Shown here piece by piece: positions 52,629-60,727 of a DNA stretch of 64,000 nucleotides. Below the pieces are notes generated by a model. That model was given only the letters and a program-made list of their open reading frames with translations. It was not told where the DNA came from and did not search any database. Position numbers and translations under genes: made by a program. Source of the DNA: a bacterium (GTDB lineage Bacteria > Electryoneota > JAOADG01); assembly GCA_963681965.1 (NCBI GenBank), contig OY820579.1, forward strand, positions 384,001 to 448,000. The letters run 5' to 3'. Numbering within the stretch: the first letter of the stretch is position 1; every line of letters starts with the position of its first letter.

Positions 52629-53543
52629 ATGTTTTTGCGATTTAGCATCTGGTTCGGCTTTTTGTTCGTCATGGTTGTCGGGTCAGGGTGCAGTAAAAAT
52701 AATAATGATACTTCGAAACCGATCGCCAAGCATGAGCCAACTGCGACCGAATTGTTTAACCAATATCCTGTCAGTGTCTGGCGAGGCATTGCCGGAATGG
52801 ACTATGCTGCGATTCAAATGATGAGTCCGGGTTTTCTGATTCAGTTAAATCAAACACTACTGCTTGCTCGAAATGCCGGCGAGCGGATGGAACGGCATTC
52901 TTCAACCGATACGATCGGGTACGTCTTTACCGGAGAGTGGTATTCGCGTCAGTTCGATTCGGTAACCACCCAATTTTCCGACCGGTGGAAGTTAACCCCC
53001 GACCCGTTCCACAACGGCGGCAGCCCCTCTAGACTGGATCGCTCGTTTTCCCTGACGCTCTCCGACAGTACGCATACATCGAGCAATCTCTTCGCCGTGA
53101 TCTATCATAGCCTACTTATCGACAACCATTATCAAGGTCACGTTGCCGGTCAAACCGTCGTCACACTTCGGATCTCCGGAACGACCCAAACCAACTGGGT
53201 TGATTTTCCCATCGATTATTCGCAGCTCGATAATCGGAAATCAAGTAACCGGTATCGATCTCCCGAATTCACAGCAAGTGGCGCCGGATCAATTAACCTC
53301 GGATTGAATGAGGAAACACTGACAATCCAAACGTACTCATATTCCGGGAATTGGACTGTGCCAGCAAATCCATCAGTTGGTGCGACAATCGGCACGTTGT
53401 CTGTTGGCGGTGAACCGTTTGCGATATATACTTATACCGGCTTCGATGATTCTACCGGTTTGTATCGCGGTGAGTATCGGTTTGTGGGTCGAAGTGAACC
53501 GGCGATCAATTTCGTTATGACAAATTCAACCGTTTTGAAATAA
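52629..53543 (+). CDS. Hypothetical lipoprotein
   Basis: Signal with GSGC lipobox; GGGAG SD; beta-rich. Confidence 0.7.
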   Translation: MFLRFSIWFGFLFVMVVGSGCSKNNNDTSKPIAKHEPTATELFNQYPVSVWRGIAGMDYAAIQMMSPGFLIQLNQTLLLARNAGERMERHSSTDTIGYVFTGEWYSRQFDSVTTQFSDRWKLTPDPFHNGGSPSRLDRSFSLTLSDSTHTSSNLFAVIYHSLLIDNHYQGHVAGQTVVTLRISGTTQTNWVDFPIDYSQLDNRKSSNRYRSPEFTASGAGSINLGLNEETLTIQTYSYSGNWTVPANPSVGATIGTLSVGGEPFAIYTYTGFDDSTGLYRGEYRFVGRSEPAINFVMTNSTVLK

Positions 53544-53595
53544 TAGTTCTTATTTCAAAAAATAATACTTTTAATCTTTAATCGAGTCTTAGCGC

Positions 53596-54816
53596 ATGAT
53601 GAGAGAACCAGATTTGCCCGATGAAATTGAGGAAGTACCACCCGATCTTGAATCGGTTGAACTACCGAAAACATCAATTTTAAGTGATCCGAAAGCGTGG
53701 GCACCCATCGCAATTCGTCGTCGGCACATCGCAATATGCATTACCGGACACGGCTTCGGTCATGCCGTTCGAGTCTTACAGGTGGCAAAACGATTGTTGG
53801 AAGTTGAGCCATCGTTGACATTTACAGTTATAACTCCGGTCGCCGAGTGGTTCCTCCGCGATGTCATGCCGACCCCCTTCCGGTTGATTCCAACCCGTAT
53901 CGATATTGGAACAGTTCAGAGCGATGCAATCGAAGCTGATCCACTAGTTACTCTAAAACAATACTCGGACTTCGTGCAAAATCGGGAAGTGCTATTTCAA
54001 AAACTAACCAACGATCTGGGTGAGTCACCCATCGATCTGGTTCTCGTCGACCTTCCACCACTCGGTTGCGAACTCGGGGCATGGTTAGGTGTTCCCACGG
54101 TAGCGATCGGTAATTTTTCGTGGGACTGGATTTATGGTGAGTACACCCAGACATATCCGGAATACGAGTGGATTGTCGATGAAATCCGCACTCAGTATAG
54201 CACCACTGATTTACTGTTAGAATTACCTTATGCTGGCGATCTATCCGCATTTCCCAATCGCGAGGAGATTCCGTGGATCTGCCGTCGTCCCCATATCGAT
54301 CCCGAAGACGTGCGAAAGAAACTGAAGATTCCACCCAATAAACCGATTGCCTTAGTATCCTTTGGGGGTATAGGAATGAAGCTCAAATTACCGGAAGGGA
54401 GTTTGAGTGACAACATCGAGTTCATTGTTACCGCACCACTTAACGGAATGATTGGCAAAGGGCGTGTCATCGATAATGCGCAATTGGCAGCGTTGGGTCT
54501 GACCTTCACCGACGTTTTGGGCGCATCGTCGGTGGTCGTCTCGAAACCTGGTTACGGCATTGTCTCGGAGTGTATTGCAGCCAAAGTACCGATGCTCTAT
54601 GCTGGCAGACAGCATTTCCGGGAATACGATCTGTTGGTCGCGGGAATGAAGCGGCACATTCGGTGTGAGTTATTGTCAGCAGAGATGTTAAGTTCAGGGA
54701 ATTGGCAAACGGCTTTCGAAAGTCTTTTTTCTCATCGAACTTTGGCGAGTGATCCCGATCCCGATATCGAAGGCGATACGATTGCCGCCGAAGAGATTTT
54801 TAAACTACTGGGTTAA
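53596..54816 (+). CDS. GT-B glycosyltransferase (similar to L-arabinokinase N-terminal domain)
   Basis: TGHGFGHAVR, GNFSWDWIY, VSFGG, SKPGYGIVSE. Confidence 0.85.
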   Translation: MMREPDLPDEIEEVPPDLESVELPKTSILSDPKAWAPIAIRRRHIAICITGHGFGHAVRVLQVAKRLLEVEPSLTFTVITPVAEWFLRDVMPTPFRLIPTRIDIGTVQSDAIEADPLVTLKQYSDFVQNREVLFQKLTNDLGESPIDLVLVDLPPLGCELGAWLGVPTVAIGNFSWDWIYGEYTQTYPEYEWIVDEIRTQYSTTDLLLELPYAGDLSAFPNREEIPWICRRPHIDPEDVRKKLKIPPNKPIALVSFGGIGMKLKLPEGSLSDNIEFIVTAPLNGMIGKGRVIDNAQLAALGLTFTDVLGASSVVVSKPGYGIVSECIAAKVPMLYAGRQHFREYDLLVAGMKRHIRCELLSAEMLSSGNWQTAFESLFSHRTLASDPDPDIEGDTIAAEEIFKLLG

Positions 54817-55453
54817 CTTGTCTGAGGAAGTCGATTAATTCTTGTTCATCCAACCGACCATCGGTTCGAACACCACTACAAACATCAACCCCAAAGGGGT
54901 GAACCTGCGCGATCGCCTCGGCAACGTTTTGTTTGTTTAGTCCTCCAGCCAGAAATACTGGACGTGAAACTGTGGCGACAATTTCACGACTGATCTCCCA
55001 ATTGTGAATTCGCCCGGTTCCACCTAACTCTTTTACTTTCAGCATCGGATTGCCAGAATCGAGCAGAATTGCGTCGACTAAAGGAGCAACATTCACTGCC
55101 TCTAGAATCGATGATTGATCGATTACATGAATAACCTGAACCAAAGCGATACCGGGAAGTCGTGTGCGAAGCAGCTCGAGTTCAGAATGAAGAACGCCAT
55201 CGCAGAGTTGAATGGTATTACATCGGCAGCGTTGTTGTTGTGCGATTATCTCTTTCGCGGTTCGCTTGCTCGTCAATAAAAATGTCGCTACTGCTGGTGG
55301 TGTTTTCGCTGCAATTTCCGAGATTGTCGCTTCATCGATTACTCCCGGACCACTGGGCATTTCCGATACTAAGCCGATTGCTGCGACTCCAGCGCGAACC
55401 GCAAGTTGCATCTCTGCAACCGATTGAATACAACAAATCTTACACCGGATCAT
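54800..55453 (-). CDS. trpF: Phosphoribosylanthranilate isomerase-like protein
   Basis: KICCI, LLDSG, GGTG..HNW, LAGGL, GVDVCSGV. Confidence 0.8.
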   Translation of the reverse strand: MIRCKICCIQSVAEMQLAVRAGVAAIGLVSEMPSGPGVIDEATISEIAAKTPPAVATFLLTSKRTAKEIIAQQQRCRCNTIQLCDGVLHSELELLRTRLPGIALVQVIHVIDQSSILEAVNVAPLVDAILLDSGNPMLKVKELGGTGRIHNWEISREIVATVSRPVFLAGGLNKQNVAEAIAQVHPFGVDVCSGVRTDGRLDEQELIDFLRQVNPVV

Positions 55454-57233
55454 GAGGTTCCTCGATCCGGGATACGGGAATCCAACCCCTCACCGAATTG
55501 ATCAGATACACTGACGTAGCCGAAAACCACTCTGCTTTAGTAATAACACGCTCGCGAACCCGGTAGATTTCCAATAGATGTTCCCGAAAGGTACCGGCAA
55601 GTAAACCACAACTTATTGGTGGGGTGTATAGAACATTGTCGATTTTCACTACGACATTTGCCCGGGTCGATTCGGTAATTTCACCGCGGTCATTCCAAAG
55701 AACGACATCGTCGTATTGAAGATATTCCCGAAGTGCCTGTTCATATTGCTTGCGATGGGTGGTCTTGTGAAACAGAAAGCGATCATTCGAATCAACCGGT
55801 TTGCTAGACAGCGCCACGTTCCACCGTCGTTTCGGTTTTTCCGGTATGTAAGGTTTTGACTGAAAGTGAATTTGACCCGATCGATCCAGCAATATGCGAA
55901 CGATCCGGTACTCGTCACCAAGCGATCGGGCGTAATTCATCAATTCATTCTCAAGAGTTTGCTGATAGAAAGGATACCCGAAATAACTGGCTGACGCTGC
56001 CAATCGCTTGAGGTGATACTCCAATAGAAAATATCGTGCGGATTTAGTCCACAGGATCGTTTCGAGTAATTGAAAGGGGGATTGATCCTGAGTTACGACG
56101 AGTGCTTTCGTCAGCGATTCCTGATATTCATCACCGATTTTCGAATCCCAGACGATACCACCTCCGGTACCGTATTCCGCCTGGGATTGAATCGGATCAA
56201 CCGTAGCTGTCCGAATCGCGACATTGAATTGGGCATCATGATCGGGTGCTAAATATCCAATGGCACCGGTGTAGATCCCTCGTGGATCCGTCTCTAATTC
56301 GGATATAATTTGCGTTGTCCGGATCTTGGGTGCACCGGTGATAGAAGCACAGGGAAACAGTGCTGACAATATTTCGGTAAATGATTTTGTGGTTTGGGCG
56401 GTAATTTGCGAAATCATTTGCCACACTGTCGGGAAACGCTCAACCTCGAACAGTTTGGGGACTTGCACTGAACCAGCCTCGGCAATCCGCCCGAGATCGT
56501 TTCGAATCATGTCGACGATCATCACATTTTCGGCACGATCCTTTTCCGATTGCTGTAACTTAGTGGCGTTTTGTCGATCCTCGCCCCGCCATCGTCCGCG
56601 TGGTAATGTCCCTTTCATCGGACGACATTCGATTTGAGTTCCAGTCAACTTGAAAAACAGTTCCGGCGAAGCCGAACAGATTCGATGGTCGCCCGTGTTC
56701 AGAAATGCGCCATATTTGCACTCTTGCGCTTGCATCATGTTGAGAAAAAGTTGCCAAGCACTACCCGCGAACTGCGAGCGCAATCGGTAAGTGTAATTGA
56801 CCTGATAGGTTTCCCCGCTTGCAATCAGATCGTGGATCGTACGCAACGATTGTTCGTAAGTCTCTGAAGTGATCGAAGGCAGCCAATTCAATAATACATG
56901 ATCTGATTGGGGTTTAAGTAAATCTGCACGCTCTTCGAACTGGTCGTAGATCCCAAACCATAATAGGGGAACGGGAGAGAATGAAAATGCTTTCATGGCA
57001 GGATCGAATGCCGGAGTCGCCTCGTAGGAGATAAAACCTGCGGCATGATAGCCTTTACTTACTTTGTTTTCAATTTCGGAGAGAGCCGGAATTACCTCGT
57101 CCAACTGCCGAGTGGTAATGATCGATTTCGGTGAATGATAACACCGCCACAGGGTACCGTCGGCAATCTGCATGACGACAGTACCAATTTCGGAATCCGG
57201 TAGCGCGGGTAGCGATTTAGCAGAATCGGTCAA
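55440..57233 (-). CDS. pabB: Aminodeoxychorismate synthase component I fused to class IV PLP domain (PabB-PabC)
   Basis: SPELF, PMKGT, AENVMIVDMIRNDL, SITGAPK; C-terminal LLET, HKTT, GLLAG, NSVRG. Confidence 0.9.
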   Translation of the reverse strand: MTDSAKSLPALPDSEIGTVVMQIADGTLWRCYHSPKSIITTRQLDEVIPALSEIENKVSKGYHAAGFISYEATPAFDPAMKAFSFSPVPLLWFGIYDQFEERADLLKPQSDHVLLNWLPSITSETYEQSLRTIHDLIASGETYQVNYTYRLRSQFAGSAWQLFLNMMQAQECKYGAFLNTGDHRICSASPELFFKLTGTQIECRPMKGTLPRGRWRGEDRQNATKLQQSEKDRAENVMIVDMIRNDLGRIAEAGSVQVPKLFEVERFPTVWQMISQITAQTTKSFTEILSALFPCASITGAPKIRTTQIISELETDPRGIYTGAIGYLAPDHDAQFNVAIRTATVDPIQSQAEYGTGGGIVWDSKIGDEYQESLTKALVVTQDQSPFQLLETILWTKSARYFLLEYHLKRLAASASYFGYPFYQQTLENELMNYARSLGDEYRIVRILLDRSGQIHFQSKPYIPEKPKRRWNVALSSKPVDSNDRFLFHKTTHRKQYEQALREYLQYDDVVLWNDRGEITESTRANVVVKIDNVLYTPPISCGLLAGTFREHLLEIYRVRERVITKAEWFSATSVYLINSVRGWIPVSRIEEPHDPV

Positions 57234-57808
57234 ACGATTGGCTCCGTGATCTGGATAAAGTTCTTTAAAATCAAACTGCCGCTTGGTGATAAAATTGATT
57301 CAGGGTGAAACTGAACCCCGAAGATGGGTCGACTTCGATGTGCTAATCCCATAATCGTATCGTTGTCAGAAGTCGCTGTCACAACCAGCTCTTCAGGTAA
57401 ACTCTCCGGTTTAACTTCCAACGAATGATACCGCATCGCTTCAAATGGATTCGGCAGATCCTTAAAGATTCCCGAGTCATTATAGGTAATCCAAGATGTT
57501 TTGCCGTGTCGTGGTTCGATCGATGGACCGATCTCAGCTCCAAATACCGCGGCAATGCATTGATGACCGAGACAGATTCCAAGAATTGGGATTTGCTCTC
57601 CTAACTCACGGATTACCTCGCATGAGATTCCGGCATTTTCCGGACGTCCCGGACCGGGAGAAATTACGATGCGTGTTGGCTTGAGTTGTTTTAACTCGGG
57701 CAGATCGATTTGGTCGTTGCGAATAACGTGCGCACCAAACCCCAGCGTGGCAAATGCTTGTACCAGATTATAAGTAAAGGAGTCGTAATTGTCGATGATG
57801 ATCAACAC
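57230..57808 (-). CDS. pabA: Glutamine amidotransferase, ADC/anthranilate synthase component II
   Basis: IDNYDSFTYNL, SPGPG, GICLGHQ, RYHSL, QFHPES. Confidence 0.92.
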   Translation of the reverse strand: MLIIIDNYDSFTYNLVQAFATLGFGAHVIRNDQIDLPELKQLKPTRIVISPGPGRPENAGISCEVIRELGEQIPILGICLGHQCIAAVFGAEIGPSIEPRHGKTSWITYNDSGIFKDLPNPFEAMRYHSLEVKPESLPEELVVTATSDNDTIMGLAHRSRPIFGVQFHPESILSPSGSLILKNFIQITEPIV

Positions 57809-57811
57809 ACA

Positions 57812-58750
57812 CTATTCCTGAGTGAATCCGAGTACAATCCAGGAATGCGACTTCCGGCGAATCGCGACTGGACCCATTGCACGTCCCAGTTTCTTCCCTT
57901 GACCAACGAGCAACCCGGTGACGATGACTCTGCCCCCCGGATTCAATAGAGTTGGTACCGTCTGCCACCACGCCTTCAGCACATTTAAATGAATGTTGGC
58001 GAGGATCAGATCAAATTTATCGGCTTTCCCGAATTTGGTCGTGAGAATGGATCCTTCACGTACCGCCATCTTTCCCTTGAATCCGTTTCGGAGAACATTC
58101 TGACGCGCTTCCCGTACGGCATCGGCTTCAATATCGATCCCGAGACAATAGGATGCCCCTTGTGCCAGCGCGACCAATCCGAGGATTCCGGTACCACATC
58201 CAGCATCGAGTACCCGATCCCCGGTTTGCGTCCATTCGGCGGTCAGTTTGCATGCCATGCGGGTGGTTTCATGTTCGCCGGTTCCGAATGCCATGCGCGG
58301 TGGCACGACCAACCACTGCCGGCGATCCCTCGGAATCATCGAGCGCATCGGTGCAACGCCAATTCGCGGGGATAGAACAAATCGCTTCAGATCCTTTCGC
58401 CAGCGTGCGATGCTGTCGAAATCCGGCAGCTTTTCACAGGAATGTGTAATATCCGGTACCATCGGTCGGATCATGTCAATCAACTTCAGAAATCCGGGTT
58501 GGATCTTTTCCCACTCGGCTTCGGGAAATGCCGCCAACAACTCGCGCTCGATTGCCGTCTCCGGTGGGGGTTCGACACCAAATTCTTCGATACCGAAATC
58601 GGTGTCGAGATCCAATTCTCCCTCAGTACCTTTCGCTCGCTCTTCGATTCCCACGGCACCAAGTTCGATCAGTCGTTCGCCGATAATCTCTGCTAACGGT
58701 GCACTGCCAACGATGATCACTCCGATATAACTCTTAGTCGTTTTCGCCAC
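57812..58750 (-). CDS. prmA: Ribosomal protein L11 methyltransferase
   Basis: MAFGTGEHETT, LDAGCGTGIL, LANI; GTG start at 58750 with AAGGA SD. Confidence 0.88.
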   Translation of the reverse strand: MAKTTKSYIGVIIVGSAPLAEIIGERLIELGAVGIEERAKGTEGELDLDTDFGIEEFGVEPPPETAIERELLAAFPEAEWEKIQPGFLKLIDMIRPMVPDITHSCEKLPDFDSIARWRKDLKRFVLSPRIGVAPMRSMIPRDRRQWLVVPPRMAFGTGEHETTRMACKLTAEWTQTGDRVLDAGCGTGILGLVALAQGASYCLGIDIEADAVREARQNVLRNGFKGKMAVREGSILTTKFGKADKFDLILANIHLNVLKAWWQTVPTLLNPGGRVIVTGLLVGQGKKLGRAMGPVAIRRKSHSWIVLGFTQE

Positions 58751-58780
58751 GATCGCGTCCTTTAATTGCATTCGAACAGA

Positions 58781-58935
58781 TATAGTATCTCTTGAAAATA
58801 AGTTGTTATCGGTAGTCGGAGCGGATCCCCGCGTCCGCCCGCAGGAATCTTTAGTAGGTACAGACACTCTTGTCTGTACATGTTCGGCAAAGCCGAACAC
58901 CGAATCATGACAACTTATATTCAAGAACCACGATA
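58781..58935 (-). mobile_element. MITE copy 4, inverted, with an extra REP
   Basis: Same TIRs in reverse orientation; additional GTAGGTACAGACACTCTTGTCTGTAC hairpin. Confidence 0.85.
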
Positions 58936-59065
58936 ACCCACTGATATAGATAAAGGTAATGTATTCCAGAGGATTGCGCATCTGAATCCGGACCGGGTGC
59001 CTGAGGATTTGAGCATTCGACCAGTTCAATGTAAATTACGTATTGCTGAATTTTGAGGATTTGCC

Positions 59066-60187
59066 ATGGCTCATAGCTATACCCCCGGTCTGCGCGTAGC
59101 GGAACAGACCAAAATCGTGAAAGAGCGCCAACTACCAACCGAACCGGACAAAACCGCGGTGCTGGTGAAAACCGGCGACAAGGTAACTGCCGAGACGGTC
59201 ATTCTTCGCAGTGAAATGCCGGGCAATGTGCAACCGGTGAATGTTGCCAACTTGCTGCAGGTACCACCGGCTGACATTCCAAAACTGCTGATCAAAAAAG
59301 AGGGCGACAAGGTTGAAAAAGGGGAGATGCTCGCCGAATCGAAAGGTCTGTTCGGGCTATTCAAGTCGCAGGTAAAATCTCCGATCACCGGTTTTGTCGA
59401 AACGATTTCTGCCATTACCGGGCAGATGATGTTGCGCGAACCCCCGATTCCTATTGAAATGACGGCTTATGTCGATGGTAAAGTCACAAACGTGACGTCG
59501 GATCGGGAAGTGACGATCGAGACCAACGGCTGTTTGATCCAAGGTATTTTCGGAATTGGCGGCGAGGCAGTCGGCGAATTGTTGTTGATCGCCAAAAGCC
59601 CAGCCGATGTGATCGATTCGGCGCAAATACCGGCAAATGCCAAGGGGAAAATTCTGGTCGGCGGCGGTCTTGCGACACTTGCCGCAGTACGCCAAGCGAT
59701 TAAGAGCGGTGCGACTGGATTCGTCAGTGGCGGTTTTGACAATCAGGATCTAAAAGAACTGCTCGGTTACGAACAGGGTGTGGCAATCACCGGTACCGAA
59801 CAAATCGGTTTGACGTTAATTCTGACTGAAGGGTTTGGTTCGATCACGATGGCGGACCGCACGTTCCAATTGCTCAAAGCTTTCCAAGGGAGAAAGACGT
59901 CGATCAATGGTGCGACGCAGATTCGCGCCGGTGTGATTCGTCCCGAAGTGGTGATTCCGCATACCGACAAGGGTACGGAATCGGTCTATGTCCTCAAGGG
60001 TCTCGAACCGGGAGATGTCGTTCGGGTCATTCGCGAACCGCATTTCGGGAAGATCGGGAAAGTGGTTGAGTTACCTGCCGAATTGCAGGTACTCGAATCC
60101 GAAGCGAAGGTTCGCGTAATGAAGGTCGAGCTGGATGGCGTAGTCGTCATGGTTCCGCGTGCGAATGTCGAGGTCATCGAAGGATAA
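59066..60187 (+). CDS. Conserved hypothetical protein (barrel-sandwich hybrid-like N-terminus, KOW-like C-terminus)
   Basis: Host-like codon usage; KKEGDKVEKGEMLA; GDVVRVIREPHFGKIGKV; own terminator. Confidence 0.75.
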   Translation: MAHSYTPGLRVAEQTKIVKERQLPTEPDKTAVLVKTGDKVTAETVILRSEMPGNVQPVNVANLLQVPPADIPKLLIKKEGDKVEKGEMLAESKGLFGLFKSQVKSPITGFVETISAITGQMMLREPPIPIEMTAYVDGKVTNVTSDREVTIETNGCLIQGIFGIGGEAVGELLLIAKSPADVIDSAQIPANAKGKILVGGGLATLAAVRQAIKSGATGFVSGGFDNQDLKELLGYEQGVAITGTEQIGLTLILTEGFGSITMADRTFQLLKAFQGRKTSINGATQIRAGVIRPEVVIPHTDKGTESVYVLKGLEPGDVVRVIREPHFGKIGKVVELPAELQVLESEAKVRVMKVELDGVVVMVPRANVEVIEG

Positions 60188-60214
60188 CAATTTCCCACTT
60201 CATTTTATTTTATT

Positions 60215-60244
60215 AAGGCGACTCGCGAGGGTCGCCTTTTTTTT
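60215..60244 (+). terminator. Intrinsic terminator
   Basis: AAGGCGACTC-GCGA-GGGTCGCCTT followed by T tract. Confidence 0.85.
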
Positions 60245-60246
60245 CG

Positions 60247-60714
60247 GTAGCCGCAAGCTTCAGCCTGCGTTTTTGTGTCATTTTTTATCTTGCATCATGT
60301 ATCCTTTAGTAGTGGCGCCTCCCCGCGGGCGCCCATTCTTTTTTTTATCTTTTCCTAATCCCCATCACCTACCACCTAACACCCATTTTGTAGGTGGCGC
60401 AGGCCTCCGAGCCTGCGTGATTTTGTTTTTTGTAGTACTGCCCAACTCCGATTGGGCGATTCCCTTCTTTTCCGTAGGTCAGAACTTGTTCTGACCACCT
60501 CTTGCATCCTGATTCCTATATCCTGATCTGTCGTTGCGAGGATCGAAGGGCGTCCGCCGGCTGGCGGATGCGCCCGAAGCGACAAAGCAATCTATCTTTT
60601 CCATTGGTAGCGGCGGACTTTAGTCCGCGTATTGATTTTTTATTGATTTTACAGGAATGGCGGACTAAAGTCCGCCGCTACCAAAAACGGTCGGGCGTGT
60701 GGGTCCGTCCCTAC
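60247..60714. repeat. Cluster of ~9 heterogeneous REP-like palindromes
   Basis: GTAG-footed hairpins at 60247, 60309, 60390, 60432, 60474; inverted pair 60606-60682; 60693-60714 on minus; GTCGTTGCGAG...GCAATCT element at ~60528-60592. Confidence 0.85.
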
Positions 60715-60727
60715 TTCACAATATGAA

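Noticed and set aside
58751-59029. 93-aa N-terminal extension of PrmA in the ORF track
   Set aside because: It reads through MITE copy 4 and the divergent promoter; a GTG with SD at 58750 gives a normal-sized PrmA.
60247-60714. Possible CRISPR array
   Set aside because: Units share only a GTAG foot, the stems differ, spacers are low-complexity and no cas genes are present.
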